This document shows, piece after piece, positions 38,901 to 51,421 of a stretch of 64,000 nucleotides of DNA. How positions within the stretch are numbered: the first letter of the stretch is position 1; the number at the start of each line of letters is the position of its first letter. The position numbers were made by a program, and so were the translations under genes. Where the stretch lies: positions 124,001 to 188,000 of the forward strand of contig CAJFCJ010000031.1 in assembly GCA_904063045.1 (NCBI GenBank), in the 5' to 3' direction. The stretch is from Dimorphilus gyrociliatus (Eukaryota > Animalia > Annelida). A model generated the notes under the pieces. That model made no database searches. It saw only the letters and a program-made list of their open reading frames with translations, and was not told where the DNA came from.

Positions 38901-41206
38901 TGATGAAAAGACTGTATACTAAAAATAGTACGTACAAGTTCTTTCCCGTACGAAAGTTGTTCCTTCAGCGAATGAAACTTTACTTTGTTGTGTCATGGGA
39001 GGTTTCATCATTTCTTTTTCCATCAGTGCTTTTATTTCTGCCTCTATTAAGGGGAGTATATATATAGAAACTCATCGTATCTTTTTATTTAACAGCGTCT
39101 CTTACAAACCTTCTATAGCATTTTGAGACAAGGGCCGCTCTTCCTCGTCTTCATTGCCCTCCTTTTCTTCTTTCTGAGAATCTTTCTTCTCTTCTTGGTC
39201 GACTTGCTCGCCTTCTTCATTTTTAATATCACTTTTTTCTTTTTCATCTTTTTCTTCTTTTTCCTCCTTTTCCTCTTTTTCGTTGACCTCCTCTTCAGCT
39301 TTCTTTGCTGATTCCTTTTCTAATTCCGCTGTTAATTCTATTGTCGGCTCTTTATTTTCTTTGTCAGGCTGTTTTGTCTCCTCCTCACCCTCTACATTTG
39401 GTTTAGCTTCTTCACTAACTATCTCTTCCTGCTCTTTATCTGCTTTCGTCTCTTCTTTATCATTTTCTTCAGTTTTGTCCTCTAATTTTTCAACTTGTTC
39501 TTCCCCTTCGATAGAAAGTTTTCCTTCGTCCGTTTTTTCGTCTAAATTAGGTGATGTTCTAGTCTCCTCGCCATCTTTTACCTCTGTTCCCAGCTCAGAA
39601 ACTCCACCCTATTTAAAAAACTCATTATATACTTCTAGGAAAAATTATCAATGCTATATTAATACAGTAGCATGTATGGTATCGAATTCCTCTTCATTAT
39701 CGCATTCGCTATCGGCAGCTACGGCTTCTTCAACTTCGACAACCGGCCCTAATAAAATATACATAGAATAAATATTGTTCCAAAAAAAAAATTCGTTTGA
39801 TCTTACATTTTCGCGGATTGCGAATGACGTTCTTTGTATTGCCCTTAGCTTTATCCCAGAACATTTCGAACAGATTTAATATTCTATGACGATCTATCAA
39901 TCCAATCTATCAGACACAAAGATTAAATAATAAAAATGTTACTTTTATACAATAAATTACTTACAAGAGTATGGTCACAAGAGAAAAATAGCTGAGTTAG
40001 CATGTCTCTTCTCCTCTCCTTGCGATTTTGAAGAGAATGAGCATTGGCACAATGCTTAAGATGAGTTAATAATTTCTCAAATTCCTCTGGATCCAACTCT
40101 TTGCTTAGGCTATCGACAAGCTAATTTTTTTTTAGAAAGGCGGAAAAATGAAAATAATAATCAGCGAAAAGGAAGAAAAGAAATATTTAATTTCCTAAGG
40201 GAATGCAGAATCAGAACTTACAGACACGAAATCTTCTTTTTCAAGGGTCTTTCCAGTATCATCTGTAGTTTGAAGACTTCTAATAAGAGCTTGGGCAATA
40301 GCCTTTACGTTTGAATTTTCATCGGCCACATGATCGGTAATTTCAGCAAAAGACCTCAAAGCGTTTTGAATCTAATTGAATTGAGAAAGATATATAAATT
40401 GACTATGTCATTTATATTAATGATGAACTTACGACAGACAATTGAAGCCTTCCCTCCGAGATTGAAGTCCAATCTTCGTATTGTACATTAAGGGAGCCCT
40501 GTCGACGCCTTGTCTCAGCAATTCGTTGCATTTCTTCTCTTTCTCTTAGCTCCCTTCTCTTCCTCGCCTCAGCTTTGACCTTTGCGAGCCTGTTTATCGG
40601 GTTAAAACTTAAGCTCTTTGTCTCCGTAATAACGTTTCTTATATGTTATATAATAAAAAATTATATTTTGATTTACCTATTTTCTTCCATATCGAAGAGT
40701 TGTTTCTTAAGATTTTCATTCACTTGACGTAATCCTCTGATATAAGGAGATGCTTCCGAAAAATTTGAATATCTTGGGTTATTCCTCATTAAATACTGAG
40801 CAATATAATTAATAGGATTAAATTCTCGTTCAGGAGGAGCATCTTCAATAGACAATCCTCTTCTCTCAACTTCCCGCAATAGCTTTTCAAGTCCCATAAT
40901 TAAAGTTGGCAAAATACGATCAACCAAATACGCTCTAGTTTCCGCTCCTGCCCTAGTTTCTCTTAACCAATCTCTAGCCAGAAGTTCCATTGGTATTTTT
41001 CTTGCCATCTGCATAGCTTCTTCACGTGTTTTTTCATTTTCAATCTTCTTCTCTGCCCGTTTAGTTAAAAGTTTTGACATTTGTATATCACCGTGAAGTT
41101 TAGACCATTTTGTCTTAATGCTGCGACTGACAGGACGAAGGTAATCAGGCATCTGAGTTAGATACTGATCCTGTACTGTGTCAATACTAGTTTCATCCAT
41201 TTTCAT
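35966..41206 (-). CDS. EFCAB5: EF-hand calcium-binding domain protein 5-like (EF hand, GAF-like region, acidic E/K-rich insert), multi-exon
   Basis: YLVDRILPTLIMGLEKLL..FNPINYIAQYLMRNNPRY N-terminal block, EF hand WDNDASGFIDLEE, GAF-like segment (VVPLKDNKKRVFGILGIDT), and terminal exon [20 protein letters not shown] ending at TAA 35966. Confidence 0.85.
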
Positions 41207-41288
41207 GGAGTTAAGGCCTTTAAAAGTAGAAAATGCTTTAAAGATTTTAGTGCCGCCCGAAACTAGCCGCCATTATTATTTACGTGTC

Positions 41289-41302
41289 GTTGCTACAGAT
41301 AC
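41289..41302. promoter_or_regulatory. Candidate RFX X-box in the EFCAB5/DNAAF3 bidirectional promoter
   Basis: GTTGCTACAGATAC (reverse complement GTATCT-GT-AGCAAC) fits the X-box pattern GTHNYY-NN-RRNAAC and lies between two divergent cilia-associated genes. Confidence 0.6.
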
Positions 41303-41477
41303 AAGCTGTGGTTCCCCAATTCACTGGATAATACCAATGACAAAATATCTCATGGACCAGGTAACCAACGTGTAGTTTCGGGCATTTTTTCGTCTGCTTA
41401 AGAGCATTTCAAAATACTTTTTCAATACAAAGAAAGACCGCTGATATATCGTTCAAAAGAAACTAAAAGATAGCAAA

Positions 41478-43908
41478 ATGCCACCGAAAAAGTTAAAATC
41501 ATATTGGGGAAAATCACCTGCCATTGATTTCCTGAGTAATTGTTATAATTTTAAAGATCTATCTACACTCCCGGCTATTTTTTTCTCAGGTTATCCTAGC
41601 AATATTCATACTGTTGATGACAAAAGGAGTATCCTGATGATTGGGGCTAATGATATAAGGCACATTTTAAAAACTGTATCTCAGAGGTTTAAATACGAAA
41701 ATTCTCCAAAGATAAATGTAATTAAAAGAGTTTTATTTTTTTTTTAAAAAAAAATAATTAAATGATTATTTTTCAGTTTTATGTCCTTGAGGAAGAGGCT
41801 AGTTTATACGCAAGATTTATTCTATTATTATGCATTGCTACGGAAAAAACTAAACGTTTTGGTCTTCAGCGTATGATATTTTCCATTTAAATTCAGAATT
41901 TTAATAGGCGATTAATTTTAAATTATCTTTACTTCTAATGAAAAGAAAAAGCCGAATTTCTATTGGAAATCTGGGGAAATAGCTTTATAAGGGTAGAAAC
42001 TCTAGAATATGTACAAAAGATGAGTCAATATATTAAAAAGTATTATATTTAAAAATAAACCTATTTAAAAGATTAATAAATTAAATCTGAATGTAATAAA
42101 AGGTTCGTTGGTGACGTCTCTGGTCTAAAATCATCTATTCCCTTTCTTGATAATTCTCAGCTAACAGTTAGTAATTGAATAAAATTTTTTTTCAAAAGAA
42201 AAATTGATATTTATCTTTCTCATTTCTATTTTAGATGAGAGAGAGAGATGAAATTTACGACGAATTTCATTCATGGTCAAAACCGGTAACTGGAAAGGAA
42301 TTTGATATAAGGAATTCTTGGTAACACCCATTTTATATTTCTATTTTTACATTTTAATACTCAACAAGTGATGCATTTCAGGGATGAAAGATTAAGATCT
42401 TTACTAGGTGTAAGATACGATTCAAAGACAGGAGTATTCGACTGGGATTATCAAATGAGACTAGCTCAAAGAGGAGTATGACTAAAATTTTGCAATATCC
42501 TTATTCATATTATCTTTTCTTTATAAAAAAAAATAAAAACAATAAACTAAGTATAAAGTCTCTAATATGTACGCTGGTTATAGAGAGCCTCCATTATCAC
42601 ATCCCACAAATACAATAGATGGAGATTGGACGGAATGGCTTATTCCTTGAGAAATGCCGATTACAACCAACCGAACGTGACTTTATGCACTAAAATCCCC
42701 TTTGAGGTGAACTAATTGCTGTTTTATCATCTTTTTTCCTGTAATTTAAATGTTTATTTGTAATTGAAGAAATTTTTTCCTCAGCGAAATAAGGTTTTCC
42801 AAGAGATGAAAGTCTATTTAGGCGACATTGTTCATTCTCCATTTGTATCCTTTGGAATGGAATGCGATGACAAAGAACTATACAAAACTGCAAACAACGT
42901 TCACATTAATGTAAAAATTTAAATATATTATATTTGTCACTCTTACCGTTTTTATACTATCATTCTTTTTGCACAATCATCTCGTCACACCATTTTCCTT
43001 TCTTTTTAATAACTTAATAATATTCTTTCCCTTTCAGAATGGGGAAGATATTGCAAAGTATAACGCCTTGAGTATGCTATATAGTATAGAACACGGTAAA
43101 GCTTTCGATAAGAGTATAACTGAGGAAGATAACACCAAAATAATGGAAGGTATGGACTTGTAAAAATATAAAAAAAAGAAAGAAATAAGCAAATATTCGT
43201 AAGATAAACAAGAAAGCTAGACTTTACTCAATATATTTAACAGTTATTGAAGAGGATGAGGAGGAGGCCAATGAACTTTTAGCGTCATCGCCTTGGGAGA
43301 TGCCTTTCGGTAAAAAAATTTTTTAACTAAACAATTAAGGCCTAAATGACGAATACTCTTTCTTAGAGCCGCTATCATTGGATGGAATAACCGTATCGTT
43401 CCTACCCTGTAAAGCCATTAAAGATTTACACAAGAAAAGGAAATACGAGCACTTTTTCGATGATGTGTTCGTCAATAAAGAGTAAGGGCAATACGATTAT
43501 AAAGCAGTATAAACACTAAATATATATATATTATCATTTTTGTTGTTATTTTTAAAACAAAAAAAATAGCTTTTTAAAGGATATCACCGAAGATTTTTGT
43601 AAAACATTAAAACCATCAGCAAACCTAACAGTTGATACGGCAAAATATGACGCATCGAAAACAAACGAGAACGTTAGTGAAATATACGACAAATTAATCG
43701 ACAATATTAAAATATTGAACTTTGAGGTATATATACATATATAAATTTATATATAGATAAATCTTAACAATTTCATAAGAAATATTTCTTATGAACAAGT
43801 ATGTACATCGTTTAAGCACATATACAATAATTTTCATTATTATCTATACAGGTGTCATTGAATGATAAGGATACTGATTTCATTCGAGCAGTTTTCAAAG
43901 ACAGATAA
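41478..43908 (+). CDS. DNAAF3: Dynein axonemal assembly factor 3 (PF22-like), many short exons
   Basis: Spliced motifs YWGKSPAIDF, ILMIGANDIRHILKT, FYVLE, EKAEFLLEIWGN, DERLRSLLGVRYD..VFDWDYQMRL, YNRWRLDGMAY..PNVTL and YLGDIVHSPFVSFGMEC match the DNAAF3 family. Confidence 0.87.
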
Positions 43909-44472
43909 CTTAGTTTTATACTTTTTACAGTGTTTTTTTTATCATTTTACTTGTAAGAATATAAACAAACAACAGTTTATATAGTAAAAGCATATATATA
44001 CTTTTACCTTTATCAATAAAATATATAAAGTTTTTTTTTATATACGTGTAGAAAAATAAACAAACAAACAACAATACAAAAACAAAAGTCTCACTCAACA
44101 ATAATCAAGAGACTTTTTTACAAGAACAAAAAAAATAAAATACAATAATATTTATAGGCACATGAGTGTATATCCACATAAAATGAGACGAATTATTATC
44201 ATATAGATTAAGAAAGACGAAAAAATATAACGGATGATTTTGAAAGCACCATCTTTTTCGGCAGTATAAAAACAGTAACAATCGTTCTATAATTAGAACA
44301 GTTTTTTTTCTTTTTTCGAACTGGATTAGAATAAAATTATAAAACCTTTGCTTTTTTTTTCTTTTTTATTAGTATTTTGTTCTTTTAGTCTATTTTACTT
44401 CTCAACTACTACCAATAATTTCTTTAGAGGAATGACGATTTTGTAAGCAGTTCATTTCTCTCTCTCTCTCTC

Positions 44473-47342
44473 TCACTGAAAATTCATCGTACGATATCTG
44501 GGCGTATTAAAGACTAGAGGGTAGGTTTGTAACGGACGAAAATTCATAGGTGGATTATTCGGAGCGTACATTGCGCCAAGGAAACTTTCCGCTTCCTCAT
44601 TGGGATAATACTCGAAAGGAAACATAGGCCCACAAACTTCTAAAGGATGGTGAAGAGCTTCTTCGTTAGGGATGTTTATAGGGTGTAACCTTTCTGGGCG
44701 ATCGATTAATGATTCAAATTTCGTATTTACATGGTCCTTTGAAAAACAAAAATTACAAATTTATTAAAATAGCTCTCTTTCTGCAAACAACATACCTTTG
44801 ATTTGGATATTGGATAGTCGCTTTCTATGAACATATTACTAATTCTCTGCAAAATGTCTTCTGGAGACTTATCCCTAGGACTGTTAACAATTTCGCGAAT
44901 TTTCTCTAATAATAACCCTGGTATTCTATCAGGAGCACCATTTCTTCCCTGGGGTGTGTTGTGCCATTTGATTGTTGGTGCGAAAACAGACGCATTAGGA
45001 TTCAATGTCACCTTTTTCTTCTCGTCAAATTCTCTCAAGTCGTCTTCTGTCATTCCGTTAGGTCTTAAATGATGATTTTTGTAATATTCTTTCATTGTAT
45101 CGGGTTTTATCCCATTAGGATCCTTATCATCAACATACTTTAAGTAATAGTGATAAGAGAAGGGATTTTTAATAGGTTCGACATTGCATAGTTCTGGAAA
45201 ATTTTGTAAAGGTAATTCCCAACGAGAATCGAAGCACATATTGAGTTGTACATCGGACCAAGCCAAATTCTTCATTCCATCTGGCAAATAATAAGGGTTC
45301 CGTAAGTCTCTGTCAGATTTCTCCCTTGTGACACTTAATTTTTCGGCAGTTGAAGAAGTAGTTGTAGACTTGTGATGTGAAATGTTTACTTCCGCTCTAA
45401 GCATCTAAAAAAAATAAAACATATAAATTATTAACATAATATATCGTTTAAAAGAGACAAAAATTTCTGTTTTTGTTTTGTTTACTTTATTCGTTTCCAG
45501 GAGAGAATCTTGTTTATTTAATTTCGTATTTAATGTTTTCTCATTTAATTGTTCTACAGGTTGACCTTTCTCCAATTTTTTACCAGTAAAATTCTTATCC
45601 ATCGGTCTTGAAGTATTGTACGACTTATTCGGCTTTCTCTTATTCTCATCGCTACGAATACCTACAACAACAGTAACTTTTTTCGTACTATTCTTTCGAG
45701 AGTGAACATCCTTTAAATTTGACGCTTGGGATTGATAGGATTGACTCTTTTCAAAATTTTTCGATGGTGACGAATTTCGATCGATTGGCTAAGAAAGACA
45801 GAAAAAAATTGTTTTTCATTATTTCATTTTAAATGTATATAGCGAGAGAGAGAAAGAGAGAGCGAAAGAGAGACAGACAGACAAACAGTCTAGGAGAATT
45901 GTACCTTGCTATCAGGATGAGCTGGTGGCAAAGGATTTTCGTGACGTTTCTCTCTTTTCTTTTTCGAAGAAAATTTTTGCCAATTTTCATCAAGAGAATT
46001 TTGACTTGGAGATCCTTTTGCGTCTCTTTGCTTAGCGGTATCAATTTCGGAATGAGTTATGGCTTTCAGGTTTTCATCATAAGAAGTCAATTTAGATTCT
46101 TCCTTTATTGTTGGACTTTGAACTTGGGAAAAATTGTTTACTTGACTATCTATCAATTCATTCGGAGCTTCAGCAGCTTTTTGATTAGTCGAATTAATTT
46201 GAATCGTTAATTCTTTAACTAATTTTTTGGATTCACCTTCAAGTTCGGGCGATTTTTCACTAGGAATGGAATGTGTTGGCAAAGGCCCAGTCTCACCTTC
46301 TATAATATAAAAAGTATAACATTACAATAATATTTACATGAATGGAACATTATCGAGTTTTATAACTTACTCTCCAAATTTTCAGATAACATCACTGTCG
46401 CCTTAGCTTGAACGTTAGGTGACGGATACTGCTCTTCTGAGCTATCGTCATGATATTTAACAGTAGAATCGTTGCTAACCTTGCGATTTCTCGATTTTTT
46501 CTTCTTTTTCTTTTTCTTAGTATCGTTTTGATCAGAACCTTCAACAAACTGAAGAACATTGTCAAGTGACCAATTATCTTTCTTTTCCTTAGCTTCAATT
46601 GAATTATTGTCAGTTTGATTCGAATCATATGATTTTTCTAATTGTGAAGGATGAGTTTTTTTTTCCTTTATTTGTTTGTTAACCTTAATCCGACTATTTT
46701 TATCCTTTCCTTTCAGAGTTCTCGTACCAAAAACTTCTTTCTTATTTGTTGGACTTTTTAAATCTTTTCCACTAGGTTGTGACATTTTTAACGACTTTCC
46801 CAGATTGAAACCTTTTGTAATAAGAATAATACAAATAAATATTTAAAGTAAGCTTTTGACTGTACAAAAAAATACAAACAGATATTTTGTGCAGGGTTTG
46901 TTGATGGACCATTCATAATGTTATATAAAGAATCATCAAGTTTTTTTCCATCTGGAGGATAATCAAATGGTGGACCCTTTTCAACTTCAATAGATTCATC
47001 ATAACATTTTTGTGCTTTGGGAGAGCATATTTTATATCTCTTTTGATCGTGGGGTAATATTCTATATACTTCGTCGTAAGCCTTATTATTTCTAGATGCT
47101 TTATCACTGTTATCTTGTGTACCGATCTTTATATTTGCGTAATTCTTAGGTATGGGATAATATGAGAAGGCTGCAGGGTTAACATACTCTTCATCGTAAA
47201 ATGTTGTTGGGGCCAAATGATTTTGTGAACTGTTGTTGTAATCTGTTTTTGAAGTTGGAAAATAGTCGTGCGCTCTGGTATTTTCAGAATATTCATCATC
47301 AGGATCAATGCACTCTCCTGTGGTATTACCTCCGTCTGTCAT
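44473..47342 (-). CDS. Hypothetical low-complexity multi-exon protein carrying a PAM2 motif and an SLDxxLxFxEG-polyK motif
   Basis: Consecutive minus-strand ORFs (47342-46860, ~46810-46370, ~46290-45850, ~45790-45480, ~45405-44790, ~44716-44473) are bounded by GT-AG sites. Contains TLNPNASVFAP and WSLDNVLQFVEGSDQNDTKKKKKKKK. Confidence 0.65.
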
Positions 47343-50300
47343 ATTCAGTATACTCTGTAGAAAGCACAAAAGATTAAAATTCATCATTTATGCAAAAAAA
47401 TATGGTATATAATCTTCAAAAGAACATTCGTTATGTTTGATATTTTAAACACAACGTTGTCGCCATAGAAGTTTTTGAGCGACAACACGTGCAAAATTGG
47501 CATTTACTCACATATAATCGACTTAACAGTAGTAACAAATCGAGCCGATAATGTTGTCTACATCAGTTATTTAAAAACGCGTCAATGATCACTAAAATAC
47601 AAAACTACATAATCTAAGAAAATAGGCAGAGGCAATAAACAGCTGAATAGTTCAGTAGAAATCGTCCATTTTGAACAGATAGTTTCGTACTTTTTAAAAA
47701 TTCTAGTATTTTGACGAATATGTAATAATAAAAGGTTTAAATTTTTAAAATTATTACTTGTTAAAAATTTTTAAAATGTAAACAAATTTCGAAATATGCG
47801 ATGTATTAAGTATACAATAACTTATCTAACCATGGAAACTGGTAAGGAGTGGGTATGAACTTTAAAACGTAAATAACATATAAATAAAATCAATCAATAG
47901 TTTTAACTTGGAAAGCCTAAGATCGATTAAAATTCGAGAGAGAAATATATGAAATATTATAAATTTTCTCCATTAATTAAATAAAGAGAAAATTTTCCGA
48001 GAATAAAAGCGTTTTAGAATACTTTTCTGTCTTCTTTTTTTCGCTACAGATTTATATATTAACAGGTAAAAAAAGAGATTAATGTCTATGTTAATCATAG
48101 TCCACTGGGGTGATTATTTTATAATGAAAGTTTGACGATATACGATAAATTTATGGTATCTCTAAACGAAGAAAGAGTATACCATATATATATTGTATTA
48201 TAAGCGAAGACTAACCGTCTATTCATTTTTTTATACCAAGGATTAATTTATCACTTTGATATCTATCAATTGAACTATCATTTGAATTGTTCAAATATTA
48301 ACAAAGGTTTACAGGGGGAAAACACAAAAATCCTTTTTAAAAAAACATCGACTTACTTAAGGTAGATTAAAGCTTATGGTATTTAAAATAGATCTATTCA
48401 ACGCCTCCCAGTAACAGTAATAAGGCTTTTCCCACTTTATATATGCCGTTTTAAATTCTTCCTTGATGTTATGTATTTTCTTAATGAAATATTAGTAATA
48501 AATACAAAGTATATTATTCTATATCTTTACCTTTATCAGTAGTCAAGTTCTTGTCTAATATTTGATATTCTTGGTCGTTTCTCGCTATTCCTTTTTACCT
48601 ATTATCCTCTTTTATCTTTTAACGTTTATATTGTAACTGCTGACTATTGCATTTTATTATCGCCTAGACGGCTTTCCACTCTGATTTCGCAGTGTTTTTC
48701 TCCCCTCTTTGTTCTCATAATCAGATATTGAGAAAATTTCTTTTTTGCCGATTGAAGCTTTTATATTTCTTTTTTTTTCGAATTATTTATTTTTTTTATA
48801 ATGTACTCCTAGTTTGCGTCTAGATACTCTCCTCCTCCCCTCTCCCTCCCCCTTATTATATTTCACCCTAAAAGAGGTTTTTTTTTACTCTATACAATAT
48901 CCTTTATAACGGTAAAATGTCTTGTGGGGAAAAAAAAGAAAAAAGAGACACTCTAGGTGTATTAGACAGTTCGAGCTATGTCTTTAGCTTCATTTTTTAA
49001 AACCGTTATTGGCGTTTATCTAGTACGTTTAACAAATTTTAATTGACTTACTGGCGTTTACTACTGGGTGATAGTGTATTATTGTTTTTATTCTATTCAT
49101 TTTGTGAAAGTAAGTGAGAGATTTTTTTCGTTAGTCTTTTCCTACCTGTCCTCTATCTTTATCACTTTTTAATAGATGAAACCTTCCTTTAAACATAAAA
49201 CCTTGAGACTGAACAATTTAAACTCTACTTTTTATCTTTCATTAAGAGTTCCAATACCTGAAGAGAACTTCCTTTCTAGTATAACTCGAGTTCACATTTC
49301 AAACTATCGATTAGCAAGTACGATCAAAGGAAGGGAAAAAGAAAGCCAGAGAGAAAGATGGGAAGATAGGTGGATCAGACAAGAAAAATAAAGGGTAAAT
49401 TATAGAAAGAATAGAAAACCTTTTCTCATATCTCTGACACAATTGAACCAACTCAGCACTTACTTACTCAAGTAGAGAGTGTTTCTCTCATAATCTCTCT
49501 CTTTTTAATCTATAACTTTCCAAAATCATTGAAATACCTTTGTTTTTTTTGCGTTTTTTTTTGTTTTCCTTTCAAATTGTACTATTTCTTTACTTCTTAT
49601 GTATTTTTTTTTCTTATACAGTATAAATAACGTATTGTGTATAGACAACTTCATACTGTATACACTATACATACAATTTTATTCAACTCCGGGTGTGTCA
49701 GGCTTTAGTACACACATACATAGATACATACATATACTGTATATATAAAAAAGAGGGACATCTTTTAAAGTCGATTTCACATACATTCAAAATAACATAA
49801 AAGTGAAATAGTAAATTTTTGCCAATTTCTAAAGAACTAATTGAAAATCAGAGTTATTGCCATCAAGCTTTAAAAAACTCTCTATATATAAAGAGGATAA
49901 TGCAATACATTTATAATAAAAAAAAAGTTATACTTATAATATATCAATAACTTTATCGTTTTTCTGTGCAAGATATTATAACAGTTTTTCTATTGATATA
50001 GTATCGTATATTTCCACTATATATGTACTGAAATATACAAACAGTATGCAAATAACGTAAATTCATCAATATATATATATATACGAAAATGTTACACATT
50101 AATTCAGTAAATAGAACTTGATTTGTTCTTTTCTCTTATTGATTGAAAAACTTATAAATAATAATATATACGTTCATATATTATAAATTCTAAAAGCCTA
50201 AGAATATCAGTTTCTATATAAATAGGAATATATTTTTATTATTAACTTATATCCTGGAGATAAAATATTTTTATTGGTTATGCTTTGTTAAGTTTCTTCC

Positions 50301-51421
50301 TCAATAAATTTTAACAAGTAAATTAACTGTCCACTACTCTAATTCAATTGTTAACACAGGTTAAGCATGACGTATTGTAAGTTTTCAATTGGATAAACTG
50401 AAATTGTATAAGAAATTAATCTTTATACGAATATATTTTTCAGGATTTATACATCTTTTTTACTGTTGTAACACGCGAAAAATTAGCTCTAATTCTAAGA
50501 ATATTTTCCCTTATTGCGCAAGATGAGAGTTGGATTCCACTACGCGCTGTTGTTAGGCAGACCCAAAACAATAATATCCGGTATTCAAGTTAAACATGGC
50601 GATTATCAGCTGCTCATCAGCTTTGTTTTCTTTACATCATTCCACTTAAAAATGAACCTGTTATATCTCCTGCATAGGTAGTCAGTATATTTCATCAAAC
50701 TGTGTCAAAAAGAGAACCGATTCCTTACAAATCATTCCAGAAGAAGCTTTTAAACACTACTTTTGTGTTTTGGGTTGAGCGCGCGTGAGTGAGTACATTT
50801 AACGTTTAAATAATTATCGTCGATCTCTGTCTGTCAGTCAGTTTCACTTTCGGCGTCAGAAGGTTAACGAGTTTTCTTATATAGTGAAACATTATTCAAA
50901 GGTATTTGGTACATTTCCCTTTTCTTTTCGAATTGATATCTCACAAGTGTGTTTACATTCCTTTACGTTTAACAAATAATTTTCTAGATAGTTTATATAT
51001 TTTATCTTTATTCTAAATTTATCGAAAATATATATGACACATTTTAAGGATGAAGATACTCACTGAAAAATGACTCTGAAATTTATTGTATTTACTGTTT
51101 CTATTAACGAATAGAAATAGTATGTATTAATAAAAATGAGGCATTTTTTTAAGTGTTAAAATTGCCTCTTTTTAAGAGATAAAAAAAAAATATCTACCTT
51201 TGACACGTGTTAACTGACTGTAGATTTTAAAGGTTAATAAAGCAACTTATAATGGAAAGTTTTTATTTAAACAAGGTGTTAATTGAAAAGATGGGTTTTT
51301 ATCATCCGTCCTCTATCTCTCTTTCTCTCTCTCTCTCTTTTTATGTACAAATATGTTATTATGTATAGATATATGGTTACAAAATAACTATATATTATTC
51401 CTTCTCCCTACAGAATGAAGA

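Noticed and set aside
39100-39610. Long E/K-rich insert in EFCAB5 and the 162-aa Ser/Phe-rich ORF on the opposite strand
   Set aside because: Low-complexity linker. The plus-strand ORF is just its antisense shadow.
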